Sequence record: MZ475892.1
Reading direction: 5' to 3' (one strand)
DNA: 64,000 bases
Position numbers and translations under genes: made by a program. This document shows, one piece after another, positions 9,269 to 19,122 of the stretch. Position 1 is the stretch's first letter. Every line of letters begins with the position of its first letter. The notes below the pieces were generated by a model. That model saw nothing but the letters and a program-made list of their open reading frames with translations, was not told the DNA's origin and made no database searches.

Positions 9269-10945
9269 TTACAGACTCAGACTGGTGGAGGTGCTGCCTG
9301 ATGGGTTGATGTTGAAACGATAGATCAAACGCTTAGTGGTACGCGTCGGGTCAAGAACAATATCCAGAATCAGGTCGCCGTTAGCGATTGTCTGATTGGT
9401 GTTGTTCGTTTCGTCACACACAACTTGATAGCCACGAGAACCAGAGCTACCACCACGCAAGCCACGAGCCAGTTTGATCTCTTCGAGGAACTTCTCGACC
9501 ATCGCTTTGAGCTGCTCACGCAACACGTTATCGTTGGGATCAAACAGGCCAGTACGCGCTGAACGAGAACACACTTCAAGCACATAGCCAACCATACGCT
9601 GAATCTGAATCTGCTGGAATGCAGAACTCTGATTGTACAGCGTACTTGCCTCCCACACGGCAAAGCCACCGCCACTAATGTCAGGCAGTTTGCGGATGTA
9701 GTTGACCTGCTCACGGGTCAGCGCATCTCGGTCGTCCTGATCATACTTCTGAGTAAGAGCAAGAATGTTCAGTGGACTTGATGCAGTGATACCAGCAGGT
9801 GCGAACCAGCTACCGCGATTGTTATCCGTGTACGCGAACACAGCACAGATCTGACCAACACAAGCCACCAGCAAGTAGCGACCAGTGTCTTCGTCAAAGA
9901 TCTTAATATCAGGCGTATACAGTGCCATGTTTGTATCGTTCAGGTTCAGCGTCTGACGGCGATAACGAATCGCTTTGGATACTGACTGCTCGGCAGTAGG
10001 AACACCACAGATAACAAAGCAGTTGATGTGGGCAGCAGCGGCAGCTTTCATGCCACGGTGCACGATGTAGTCCTGAATAGGGCTAAGCAGCAACGTAACA
10101 CGAATCTCTTCAGGGTCACCGAAGTAATCCTGATAAGCAGCAGCCAGTTGGTCGGAGGTAACAGTATCACCGTCAGCACCACCTTTGAAGAAGATGAAGT
10201 CTGAGCCGAAGAAACTGATATCCGTAGTGAAGTACGGGTTACGGATGAAACGATAGTTGGAGCTTTCGTTTTCCATAACTGTATCAAGGCGGTACTGACG
10301 ATCAAACTCATCTGAGTAATCGTACAGGCTTGCCTGATAGCTGTTTACAGGGTTAGACCCGTTGATGTAGTTCTCGTACTCGTCGATGTAGAACAGTTTG
10401 CTGTTATACTTCGTACGGTCGTCAAACGCAGACAGGCCTTTAGGCACGGCAGAACGAATCTGGAGCGCCATGTTGTTGTTCCAGTCACCTGGGTTTTCCA
10501 GACAGATGTAGCCGATGATGTTATCATTCAGCGGGTCAGTCGGCAGGAAGCCCAATTGAGCTGGGTCGTCAACGCCAACAACGTTACCGTCTGCGTCAGT
10601 GTATGGAGTTACACGAACAACAGGCTGCAATGCAGTTGGGTCGTCAACAGTCAGCACACCAACAGCATACTTGGCGTTCTTAGTGATACGCACATAGGTA
10701 AGCTGGTTGGTTTGCTCTGAAACAGGAAGAGCCAGATACAGGCCTAGACCGTATTTTGGATCTTTGGAACCGAAAGTGTTTTTCAACACGTCTTTACTGC
10801 GAACAGAAACACGCTGGTTAACAGGGCCACGAGAAGCCTGTCCAACGATGCCTACTACTGCTGTAGATAAAGACGTTGCACCAACGGAGAGATCCTTGAC
10901 ACCAGTGTAGACACCAGCAGAGGGATGCGTTGAGTTAACGGGCAT
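9269..10945 (-). CDS. Contractile tail sheath protein
   Basis: 558 aa; HPSAGVY N-terminus, VGIVGQASRGPVN, WFAPAG, LTREQVNYI and IQIQRMVGYV followed by a sheath-type C-terminus; AAGGAG RBS. Confidence 0.92.
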   Translation of the reverse strand: MPVNSTHPSAGVYTGVKDLSVGATSLSTAVVGIVGQASRGPVNQRVSVRSKDVLKNTFGSKDPKYGLGLYLALPVSEQTNQLTYVRITKNAKYAVGVLTVDDPTALQPVVRVTPYTDADGNVVGVDDPAQLGFLPTDPLNDNIIGYICLENPGDWNNNMALQIRSAVPKGLSAFDDRTKYNSKLFYIDEYENYINGSNPVNSYQASLYDYSDEFDRQYRLDTVMENESSNYRFIRNPYFTTDISFFGSDFIFFKGGADGDTVTSDQLAAAYQDYFGDPEEIRVTLLLSPIQDYIVHRGMKAAAAAHINCFVICGVPTAEQSVSKAIRYRRQTLNLNDTNMALYTPDIKIFDEDTGRYLLVACVGQICAVFAYTDNNRGSWFAPAGITASSPLNILALTQKYDQDDRDALTREQVNYIRKLPDISGGGFAVWEASTLYNQSSAFQQIQIQRMVGYVLEVCSRSARTGLFDPNDNVLREQLKAMVEKFLEEIKLARGLRGGSSGSRGYQVVCDETNNTNQTIANGDLILDIVLDPTRTTKRLIYRFNINPSGSTSTSLSL

Positions 10946-10970
10946 GATTTATCTCCTTTTAAGACTGGTA

Positions 10971-10978
10971 GAAATTAT
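10971..10978 (-). promoter_or_regulatory. Putative late-class promoter motif ATAATTTC
   Basis: 26 bp upstream of the sheath ATG, immediately downstream of a terminator. Confidence 0.55.
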
Positions 10979-10999
10979 CGTCAATTAGGAGATAAATGC

Positions 11000-11025
11000 A
11001 AAAAGGGCAGCCGAAGCCACCCTTT
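11000..11025 (-). terminator. Intrinsic terminator
   Basis: Minus strand AAAGGGTGGC-TTCG-GCTGCCCTTTT after the DHH gene. Confidence 0.8.
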
Positions 11026-11028
11026 AGG

Positions 11029-12108
11029 TTAACATGCACAGCTTGCTTGTTCGTGATCGAATTTAACACTCAGATCAATATTCGGATAAGCAGCCACAAA
11101 CTCTTCCAGACTTACATTAAAGCCTGCGGCATTCGCATGACCATCACCGCCGTGCAAACGCGCCGTATGTTTCGCAGAACCTGACTCAGCACCAGTTTTG
11201 AAATAACCACTACGCACTGAAATATACACACGGTCTTTGTTCTCACCGCCGAGACGCGGCATGATAACTGTGTGGAAGCGATTGTGGTTTTCATAGACGT
11301 AGGCAGCGAGTTGAGAACCGATACCACGACCAGCAGGAACAACAACGTGAGGTCCGTGACAGATTTCGTTAGCTTCTGAGAAGAACGCGTGTTCATTCAA
11401 ATGCTCTTGGAACTTCTGCTCACGGTTTTCAGCGCGTTGCTGGCCACGAGTAATGATCTGCTCAATGTCACCGTGGACCAGAACATCGATAGCACGTTCA
11501 ACAGTGCTTGGCGTGCTCACATACAACACACCGTGCGGTTCCACCTTCTTAAATGTTTCCGGCGCGTGACCGTCGTAGAAGAAGAACGCACGTTTGTTCT
11601 GGCGCTGCCACGTATCGTAATCAGACACCAACTGAGCCATGCGAATGACGTTGTTAGCGCTACGACCAGACAGCGACTGGAAGCGAGAGATATGATGGAA
11701 GTAGGCAAGCAGTGCACCACTACCACCAGCAGTGAACGTAAGCTGTAGAGGCTGTGCACCAATGCGGCGACACTCTTCGGCATACAGTTCATGCGAACGG
11801 CAGTTGTGGTGATCGAGCACAACAAAGTTGGCTTGATAGCGCTGCGTCAACACAGCCATCTGGCGTTCGGTCAATGAGAAGTCAACGATGATGATCTCTT
11901 TATACAGAGCATCAACGTCTTTGTCTGATTGTCGAACTCCTACCATGTCTTCGATAGCAGTACCATCAGCAAGAGCAATAGGTGCATTGTCTTTTGCGTA
12001 ATGGGCAGGCAGGTAATGGATGTCGTCAGTCGAACGCGCTAGTGCGGTGATGGCTGCTGCGAAAGAACCATCCGCACATCCTTGATGATAAATCACAAGT
12101 GTAGTCAT
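11029..12108 (-). CDS. DHH/DHHA1-family phosphoesterase
   Basis: Motifs YHQGCADG, IIIVDFS, VLDHH, VSDYD and C-terminal GGDGHANAAG. Confidence 0.88.
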   Translation of the reverse strand: MTTLVIYHQGCADGSFAAAITALARSTDDIHYLPAHYAKDNAPIALADGTAIEDMVGVRQSDKDVDALYKEIIIVDFSLTERQMAVLTQRYQANFVVLDHHNCRSHELYAEECRRIGAQPLQLTFTAGGSGALLAYFHHISRFQSLSGRSANNVIRMAQLVSDYDTWQRQNKRAFFFYDGHAPETFKKVEPHGVLYVSTPSTVERAIDVLVHGDIEQIITRGQQRAENREQKFQEHLNEHAFFSEANEICHGPHVVVPAGRGIGSQLAAYVYENHNRFHTVIMPRLGGENKDRVYISVRSGYFKTGAESGSAKHTARLHGGDGHANAAGFNVSLEEFVAAYPNIDLSVKFDHEQASCAC

Positions 12109-12111
12109 TGC

Positions 12112-12957
12112 TTATGCCCAATGAGTAAAGGAAGATTGTTCAGGCGGGTTGGTGATTTTGTTCACCATTTCCTGAAGGCCCGCAATTGTTGCGTCTAAGC
12201 CCATCTGGTACTGCTTATGTGCAGTATCAAGACCGTAACGTAATGCCACACAATACAACTGCCATTCGTCAGAGGACTGGAGCATGGCAATCTTTTTGCG
12301 GTAAGCATCACGCTTCTGGCGAGCACGCAACAGACGCTGCATCAAATTAAGATTTGAGACAATTCCAGTCAGCTTCTCTAACAACTGCTCCAGACCTTCG
12401 AGGTCATCTACCATCAACTTGAGTTTGGCTTCAAGGAAGATAGCCTGACGCTCATGCTTCTGGTCTATGGAAAGATTACGGCACTTATCTGGATGCGTCA
12501 GCTTAGCGATCTTGCGATAGACCTGCTTGCATTTGATTTGCAGTAAGGTCGCTTCGACTTCACCTGCATTCATACCATCTCTGGTAGCTTCGTCGTCCTC
12601 TTCTACGACAAAGTTTTCTTCCATCTCTTTGCGCAGTTCTTCCGCAGCCAGCTTGTCTTCCAGATCATCTGATTCATCCAGATTGATTTGGTGCGCTTCG
12701 AGGATAGCAGTCAGACGGTTTACTTCCGCGATACGATCACGGTTAAACTCGTTCAGCTTGTTGATGCAGTTCGTGCAGCGGTCGCGGTCGGCAGTGAAGC
12801 GAAGTTCAAGAGCATCGGCTTCGGCCTTGACGTCTTCGAGAGTTTCGTCAGCTTCTGCCTGTTCGAATGCCTGTTGATCTTCGTACTCTGCCAGCTCAGT
12901 AGACCCGTGAACAATCAGGCCGTGTTCAGCCACAACAACCAGTTCAGTTCCTGTCAT
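12112..12957 (-). CDS. J-domain (DnaJ-like) coiled-coil protein
   Basis: YRKIAKLTHPDK (HPD motif); start moved to ATG 12957, which has a GGAG RBS and overlaps the upstream stop (ATGA). Confidence 0.8.
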   Translation of the reverse strand: MTGTELVVVAEHGLIVHGSTELAEYEDQQAFEQAEADETLEDVKAEADALELRFTADRDRCTNCINKLNEFNRDRIAEVNRLTAILEAHQINLDESDDLEDKLAAEELRKEMEENFVVEEDDEATRDGMNAGEVEATLLQIKCKQVYRKIAKLTHPDKCRNLSIDQKHERQAIFLEAKLKLMVDDLEGLEQLLEKLTGIVSNLNLMQRLLRARQKRDAYRKKIAMLQSSDEWQLYCVALRYGLDTAHKQYQMGLDATIAGLQEMVNKITNPPEQSSFTHWA

Positions 12958-13148
12958 GGGCGAGTAAGCTCCGAGATAGGTTTGGCTAAGAGTTCTGCAA
13001 TGCGTGCCGGGCACTCAGGGTTGCGCTTTAAGTTCTTGTGCAACCACTGCAAGTTACCGCCTGACGCAGATACTTCGCTACGGAACGCAGGAAGTTTCAG
13101 TACAGCGCCGTGCTTGTTCAGCAACGCATTCAGTTCTTTCAGTAACAT
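12954..13148 (-). CDS. Hypothetical protein
   Basis: 64 aa; AAGGA RBS; fills the gap with translational coupling. Confidence 0.65.
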   Translation of the reverse strand: MLLKELNALLNKHGAVLKLPAFRSEVSASGGNLQWLHKNLKRNPECPARIAELLAKPISELTRP

Positions 13149-13157
13149 CGTTTATCC

Positions 13158-13790
13158 TTAAAGAGATGAGGTCATTAAATCGAGAAGGTTTGAGACTACA
13201 TGAGCAGGACCGATTGAGATACCCGCTTGCACTGGCAGATGAACACGACGAGTAAACAACTCCATCGGGTCAGGGCCACCGCCAGTTACTACGATACGAG
13301 GTATCTTTGGAAACATCTCAAGGATATCACGCAGTCTTTCAATCTTATAGCTGGTGCTGTCTATCGTCACGTTCGATATGATCAGCATTGACGGTCGCTT
13401 GCTTTTGAGTTGTTCATAGTCGAAGCGATCACCATACAGCGTAACCCAACGCGGCTTCAAGGCTGTTGTCTCTGAATCTTCAACAGCCGCATGGAAGATA
13501 GATAACGCTGCCATCTTCGCACGGTAGTCTGACGGGAAGCTACTGATAACCGTGATGCGTGGGTCAAGGCCAAACGGACTTTCAATCATCTTTGCAAGAT
13601 GCGTCATCTGCTTGGTCTTTGAAAAAATCTTGCCTTTAAAGTAAGGCGACATTGGCTTAAAGTCTTGCGAGGCTTCGACCACATCGAATGTCTCACGTTT
13701 GCCGAAAAGAAGCTGAGGGTCAACTCCCAGCGTCTGCATCTGCTTTGCTACTGCGGGTTCAAAGTCAAAAGTTAACACAATACCCTCCAT
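13158..13790 (-). CDS. Hypothetical protein, possibly a degenerate DnaC/IstB-like P-loop fold
   Basis: MLIISNV...ERLRDIL...PRIVVT resembles the post-Walker-B region of helicase loaders; no intact Walker A. Confidence 0.35.
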   Translation of the reverse strand: MEGIVLTFDFEPAVAKQMQTLGVDPQLLFGKRETFDVVEASQDFKPMSPYFKGKIFSKTKQMTHLAKMIESPFGLDPRITVISSFPSDYRAKMAALSIFHAAVEDSETTALKPRWVTLYGDRFDYEQLKSKRPSMLIISNVTIDSTSYKIERLRDILEMFPKIPRIVVTGGGPDPMELFTRRVHLPVQAGISIGPAHVVSNLLDLMTSSL

Positions 13791-13806
13791 TGTTCTTATC
13801 GGGTAT

Positions 13807-14163
13807 TTACAGTTTCTGCGTCACACGCTGCCACACGGCGAACTTAACGTTCAAGGCGCATTCTTCGAGTTCGGCCTCACGTCTAGGCTCATACTTAGGT
13901 GCATACTGTTGAAGGTGCTCAGGACGCTCTACGGCTGCAAGACTGAATACACGTATTGGGTTCGTCACCTGAGAGTACGAATAGTCTTCAATGATAACGA
14001 GATTTTCGATTCGGAGAACACCAGGAACTTCAAACACTTCAGGCAAGGTGCAGGGTTCGATTACTGTTCCCATAACCTTTTCTTGGTAGTCAACAAGTGC
14101 CTTAATTAAAGCGCGACCAACACTAGTAGACAGTGTAAGATTATACTCTGTGCGGAATTCCAT
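13807..14163 (-). CDS. Hypothetical protein
   Basis: 118 aa; GAGGAG RBS; operon context. Confidence 0.7.
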   Translation of the reverse strand: MEFRTEYNLTLSTSVGRALIKALVDYQEKVMGTVIEPCTLPEVFEVPGVLRIENLVIIEDYSYSQVTNPIRVFSLAAVERPEHLQQYAPKYEPRREAELEECALNVKFAVWQRVTQKL

Positions 14164-14179
14164 GGTGTTCTCCTCAATA

Positions 14180-14560
14180 TTACATCAGCGCCAGAGTCGG
14201 GTCGACGTAGGTATATTGGAATACTACGTTCCAACCCGATGGCGTGTTTTTGTTTGGGTGATAGCGATAGCCATACACCATGATAATGCCTTTCACTTTG
14301 TCTGGGTCTTCGAGAATAGGATTGTATTCAACGTAAGACGGTTCCAGTTTGAGTGCGTCAGCGATGTTGATTGCCCAGTCGTCCAAGTCGTAAGGACTAT
14401 CAGGCACTGGCCATGAATACGAATACTTAGGCCAGTGCTCAGCCTGCATATCAGTATCTTTTGAAATCCAATCCAGATGGCGGTAACCCATACGAAGGGC
14501 GACAGCATGAATCAGGCCTCGGTTGTTCATGTAGCTTTGAAGCTGCTTGACAGTAAGCAT
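14180..14560 (-). CDS. Hypothetical protein
   Basis: 126 aa; GGAG RBS. Confidence 0.7.
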   Translation of the reverse strand: MLTVKQLQSYMNNRGLIHAVALRMGYRHLDWISKDTDMQAEHWPKYSYSWPVPDSPYDLDDWAINIADALKLEPSYVEYNPILEDPDKVKGIIMVYGYRYHPNKNTPSGWNVVFQYTYVDPTLALM

Positions 14561-14631
14561 GGAAGTTCTCCATCAGGTAAAAGACAACAGGCACCGAAGT
14601 GCCCGTCAGAATCTCAGCGAGATGGCTTAAA

Positions 14632-15102
14632 TTACTTACTAAGTCCGCGAAGCAGGATAGTTGCTGTTTTAACGAATTGCTTGCGCTTATCGTCGGGCAG
14701 TTTGGCATACTCACGCAGCAGGTTCTGCACTTCTTTTTCGTTCCCGACGTAACTATCAGTACCGCGATCACCTTCGATACCGTCAATGCCTTTCAGCACA
14801 TTGGTCTTAGTGACACGCATCTTGAAGGTAGCGCGAACGACTTCACAGGCACGCGTTCTATCATTGACGGTGCTGATAGTGGAAATGTCGTAGATCGCCT
14901 GAACAGAAAAGCCTTCAGGGTAAGCAGCGAACACTTCTGCCAGATCGATATGCGCCATGTTATCAGGAGCTGGGATTTTAGCTTCCATACTAACAGTGAA
15001 CGTCTCGCCGTCTTCGGTACTGTTGTTACCATCAAAGGCGATTTTACCATCCTGTCGCATCGTGTATGCAATCAGTTGATACAGTGGATCAACTAAACTC
15101 AT
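14632..15102 (-). CDS. Hypothetical protein
   Basis: 156 aa; TGATG overlap with the helicase stop. Confidence 0.7.
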   Translation of the reverse strand: MSLVDPLYQLIAYTMRQDGKIAFDGNNSTEDGETFTVSMEAKIPAPDNMAHIDLAEVFAAYPEGFSVQAIYDISTISTVNDRTRACEVVRATFKMRVTKTNVLKGIDGIEGDRGTDSYVGNEKEVQNLLREYAKLPDDKRKQFVKTATILLRGLSK

Positions 15103-16703
15103 CAGAATCTCCTCATGCCCAAGTTGGACGGCTGTCCTTTAACAGGGGCTTCTGGTTCAAAGAAGTCAGGCAGTTCAGCATCGAGCGCTTCTCCTCTCGA
15201 TATGACGCCCATCCAATTACGCAGTTTCTTCGGCGTGCGCTTGGCTTTCGCATAACCAAACTTCCAACAGAACTTCAACACACCTCGCGCGAAGCCCATC
15301 GACTTCTCCATCTTAGGATCGATGAAGACACGAATCACAGGCGTGCGCTTGTTATCCATCGGCGTAAGAATACGACACGACTCCTGCTTCCAGTTCGGTT
15401 CGTTATTCATCGGCATGATGTAGTACAACGTATCCCAACGAGGAACGTTCAGGCCGCGCTGCATCAGCTTACGCATACCTACCACACAACGAATCTTACC
15501 CGCACGCGCATCATCGATAATCGGCTTACGGCGTTTCGCTTCTTTAGCTCCGCCTAAGAATACAGCCGCCACTTCTTCCATGTAGTGTTCGTTGATACGC
15601 TGCACAAGCCGTCGTGCCTGATCGGTAAAGTTGATTGGGATTGCAAGCGAGCGACCCGCATCAAGATCTCGAATAATCCACTCAAAGATCTTATCGTTAC
15701 GATCAGGGTGGTTGGCAAGGAACTTACAGAAGTTCGTCCAACCCGCTTTGCCTGTGAACTTGTTGTTGCTCTGCACCTTCTTCGACGTTTTATGAATCGT
15801 CACTTTAGGTACAAGCTCCTCAACAAACGCTTCTGCAATCACAGGACCGAAGATTGATTCAATCAGATAGTGACGACCGTCTTTACGCTTCGGCGTTGCT
15901 GTCAAACCAAATCGATACTTCATTTTAAGAGACGCCAGCACACGGCTGTAGCAGCTTGCGTTACCAGCATGGCACTCATCGACAAACAGCGTACCGTAGT
16001 TCTCGTTCAACAACTTGAGTCGCTTCTTCGAGTTCTTACTGTCGCTAATCAATGACTGATAGGTCACCAGAATGATCTGGAAGTTCTTATAGTCATCGAG
16101 TGTCTTTGGAAAGCCATACAACTTCTTGCCGTACTTCTCTTCAAGCTCAGGCAAGTTCGTCATCTGCTGGATAGTCTCTAAGAAACCATCAAGGAAGTCT
16201 TTCTGGTCAGCCATGATAACTGTACGGAAACCCGAATGACATGCACCCGCAGTACCGATAACAGTCTTACCAGAACGTGGAGGTGCTTTGAACACACCAC
16301 ACAGTTCATCGAACATATCCGCGAACGGTTGCTCTTGGTACTCACGCAGCTTACCTGTGAACTTCACTTTATAATCGTACGGCACACGACTCGTACCGTT
16401 AACGAACTTCACCTCGCTCAGACTAAGACCAGCAGTCTTTTCGAAGCGATGCATCTCACCGTACGGGATCGAAACGTAGCGCTTACCCTTAATCTCAGAG
16501 TATTTGGCAAGGACGGTAATATCAATCAAGCCACCACGAGAACACGAACGGCATTCTTCTGATGGTCTGATTGAACGAAACTCACAGCCCTTACACGCAG
16601 CATTATCGAACTCGTAGTGAGTCATCTTCTTTATGATGTTATCGGCATCAACAGCCTTAACAGGAATGTGCAGACGACTATCGACCAGTACTTTTGCGGT
16701 CAC
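15102..16703 (-). CDS. SF2 DNA helicase (UvsW/Res-III-like) with an N-terminal Zn-binding motif
   Basis: Q-motif LREYQ, Walker A APPRSGKT, DECH box, GLTAT, GLNVP, QESCRILT; CKGC...CRSC at the N-terminus. Confidence 0.88.
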   Translation of the reverse strand: MTAKVLVDSRLHIPVKAVDADNIIKKMTHYEFDNAACKGCEFRSIRPSEECRSCSRGGLIDITVLAKYSEIKGKRYVSIPYGEMHRFEKTAGLSLSEVKFVNGTSRVPYDYKVKFTGKLREYQEQPFADMFDELCGVFKAPPRSGKTVIGTAGACHSGFRTVIMADQKDFLDGFLETIQQMTNLPELEEKYGKKLYGFPKTLDDYKNFQIILVTYQSLISDSKNSKKRLKLLNENYGTLFVDECHAGNASCYSRVLASLKMKYRFGLTATPKRKDGRHYLIESIFGPVIAEAFVEELVPKVTIHKTSKKVQSNNKFTGKAGWTNFCKFLANHPDRNDKIFEWIIRDLDAGRSLAIPINFTDQARRLVQRINEHYMEEVAAVFLGGAKEAKRRKPIIDDARAGKIRCVVGMRKLMQRGLNVPRWDTLYYIMPMNNEPNWKQESCRILTPMDNKRTPVIRVFIDPKMEKSMGFARGVLKFCWKFGYAKAKRTPKKLRNWMGVISRGEALDAELPDFFEPEAPVKGQPSNLGMRRF

Positions 16704-16705
16704 AT

Positions 16706-17254
16706 CTATTTCCTTGAGTTCGGTAGACCGTACTCACGCTGATTGATGATGTTCAGAGTATCGACAAGCGCACGATAAGCAAACCCGCACTTGTCAATGT
16801 CCTTGATATAGAGGTCAAGCTCTGCGACCACCGTTTCGAGATTATCAGCGTAGCGGTAATATTCCACCATTACGTTTCTGACACAGCGCTCACGTTCTTT
16901 CGCAGCACCTACGGCTTTCAAGTCTTTGGCATACGTAACCGAAGCATAATCTTGAAAACGTTCCAGCATATCATTTAACAGTTTTGAGGCTGAATGAATG
17001 GTGGTCAGTATCTCGGTCATGCGGCTACGATAAGCCTGGTCTTGAATTATCGACTCAGCCACTTTGCTTAGCGCGTTAGTATCAGAGATATTCAACGTTC
17101 TGATCTTACGCATCTTAAACAGTTTGCGGGCTTCTTCTTGGTACTCAGCCAGAGGTAACTGGAACAAGTCGTTGGTTTTGAAAATGTCGCGGACTTTTTT
17201 GTAGCGCTTATCGTCCTTAATCTTTAGGCGAATGCGTTTTAGATCGTCCATCAA
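16706..17254 (-). CDS. Hypothetical helical protein
   Basis: 182 aa; overlaps the stop of the upstream gene 17251..17685. Confidence 0.7.
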   Translation of the reverse strand: MMDDLKRIRLKIKDDKRYKKVRDIFKTNDLFQLPLAEYQEEARKLFKMRKIRTLNISDTNALSKVAESIIQDQAYRSRMTEILTTIHSASKLLNDMLERFQDYASVTYAKDLKAVGAAKERERCVRNVMVEYYRYADNLETVVAELDLYIKDIDKCGFAYRALVDTLNIINQREYGLPNSRK

Positions 17255-17685
17255 TCACCTTTATCAGTAACGAGCAGCGGACTTTCAGGCGTCTTGTGTG
17301 GCATAGCAAAGAAGCTGCCGTGATCATCACGATACACAAGCAAGCCACCAGACGGACCCTCAGTCGGGCATGTGAAGTTAAACAAACGTTCGAGCGGAGG
17401 CATGTAGCCTACAGACACAGCATTGAACGTACACCACTTGGCAGATACTTCAATCAGTGAACCGACAACTGTTTCAGCGAGACGCAGATACGATTGACGG
17501 AAGTGATAGCTGTGCTCTATTGGGGACGCGCTATCAATCACTAACTCATTGCCGTACACTGCTTTATAAATCAGGCAGAAGCGACGGCGACCACGAGGTG
17601 CATTCGGTATTTCATACAGCACATCATGTATGATGGAAGAAACGTCCCCAACGAGAACGTTTCTTTTGACAGCAAGGCTGATCAT
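17251..17685 (-). CDS. Hypothetical protein
   Basis: 144 aa; ATGA overlap with the clamp gene. Confidence 0.65.
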   Translation of the reverse strand: MISLAVKRNVLVGDVSSIIHDVLYEIPNAPRGRRRFCLIYKAVYGNELVIDSASPIEHSYHFRQSYLRLAETVVGSLIEVSAKWCTFNAVSVGYMPPLERLFNFTCPTEGPSGGLLVYRDDHGSFFAMPHKTPESPLLVTDKGD

Positions 17686-18860
17686 TGAGGCAGATAACCG
17701 AAGTACAACAGGCTATGCGTGTCGAACTTGTAGTTAAGGCTGAACGCCGTTAACTTGTTGATGTTCGCACCGTGGAAACCCATCGAGTGTTTTTCTTCAC
17801 GCCCGATAGACTTCAACAGCTCACGCATGATACGCAGATCGAGATGTGCGCTCAGTTCACGCTCAACAGGCTTGGCCAGTGACATACTGTCCTGCACGTT
17901 ACCTGCGTCAGTACCAAACTTGAACTTGATCTCTTTCTTCTTCAAGATGATCTTCGCACTGGTGTTGCCCTTCTTCTCAATCAACGTCGAGATGTTGGTG
18001 AACGGTGCAGACAGATCGCCTTTAACAACAACGCCAATCAACGGCTTGCCGAGTTGCACCAACATGTTATCCATGTAACGGTAATCTTCATCACTTGCCT
18101 GAATCGGAGGCAGCGTCAAAACGAATGAATCAGACTCGGCGGCAAACGAACTACTGTCAACGTGGAACGTTACCTTCTCTTCACCGCAGAAGCGATAAAC
18201 GAGGTCGAACATCGCACCTGTCAGACTGAAACGGAACGGTTCTGCTTTCTTTTTCAGATCACAGACATAACGAGAAGACGTCCAGTGACCAGGACTTTGA
18301 ATCTTCATCGATTTACCATCACACACAACACGACAGATAACGGTCTGGTTAGTGATCGTATCTTTCATGCTAGTCAGACGCACACCCTGAGTCATTGCGT
18401 CGATTACTTCACGCGACATAGGATGACCGCCAGAGATGTGGTGCTTGAGACCCTGCTCAACCATCGGGATCTGTTCGTCAGACAGCGGACGGATTTTGAA
18501 ATCAGCTTTGTACTTACCGTTCTGCTCTGCAATAGCAACTTGCTTACCATCAAACGTCAGGATCAATTCTTTACGCTTGGTGATCAGACCGTTCAGGCTA
18601 TTCGGGTCGATGTTGAATACCGTATCAGTGTCAGCAGTTGCGCCAGGCACCTGATAAGCAACGAACGTATCAGGCGTACGGCCCAGAACGAAAACATCCG
18701 ACTTGTAGGTTACGATCAGATGGATGTGCGTCAGCTTATCATCTGATTCAGAGAAACGAGTAACGCTATCAACACGCTTTAAAATGTCAGACAACAACGT
18801 GCCTGTAAGCGTAATGTTGCAGGACTTTGATGGTTTTTTAGGAAGTCGGCAGGTCTTCAT
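17682..18860 (-). CDS. dnaN: Probable DNA sliding clamp (Pol III beta-like)
   Basis: 392 aa; three repeated alpha/beta units of about 125 aa; two genes from the polymerase, and a DnaX-like loader is in the window; no single diagnostic motif. Confidence 0.55.
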   Translation of the reverse strand: MKTCRLPKKPSKSCNITLTGTLLSDILKRVDSVTRFSESDDKLTHIHLIVTYKSDVFVLGRTPDTFVAYQVPGATADTDTVFNIDPNSLNGLITKRKELILTFDGKQVAIAEQNGKYKADFKIRPLSDEQIPMVEQGLKHHISGGHPMSREVIDAMTQGVRLTSMKDTITNQTVICRVVCDGKSMKIQSPGHWTSSRYVCDLKKKAEPFRFSLTGAMFDLVYRFCGEEKVTFHVDSSSFAAESDSFVLTLPPIQASDEDYRYMDNMLVQLGKPLIGVVVKGDLSAPFTNISTLIEKKGNTSAKIILKKKEIKFKFGTDAGNVQDSMSLAKPVERELSAHLDLRIMRELLKSIGREEKHSMGFHGANINKLTAFSLNYKFDTHSLLYFGYLPQ

Positions 18861-19122
18861 TTTTGTCCTCTAAAACAAATTGGAGAATACCCTCAATGTT
18901 TACAGCTTTCAGTTGCTGCCCTGTCTGCATCAACAGGCCATTGAGCACGCCGAGTAAATCAGCGCTGTGGCAATTGGGTGCAATCTGATGAACGAAAATA
19001 TCGTCAGGGATATCACCAGGATTAAGCTGCCAAGCAGTACGCAAGGCAGCTCCCATGAATGACGGCCGTTCCACCAGTTGCTTGTTCAGGAACGAACAAA
19101 CATCTTCGGCGCTCAACATCAT
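18838..19122 (-). CDS. Hypothetical protein
   Basis: 94 aa; ATGA overlap with the polymerase stop. Confidence 0.6.
   Translation of the reverse strand: MMLSAEDVCSFLNKQLVERPSFMGAALRTAWQLNPGDIPDDIFVHQIAPNCHSADLLGVLNGLLMQTGQQLKAVNIEGILQFVLEDKNEDLPTS
18897..18905 (-). promoter_or_regulatory. Putative replication-class promoter motif CTGTAAACA
   Basis: 37 bp upstream of the clamp ATG, matching the spacing of other copies; lies inside a CDS. Confidence 0.45.
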
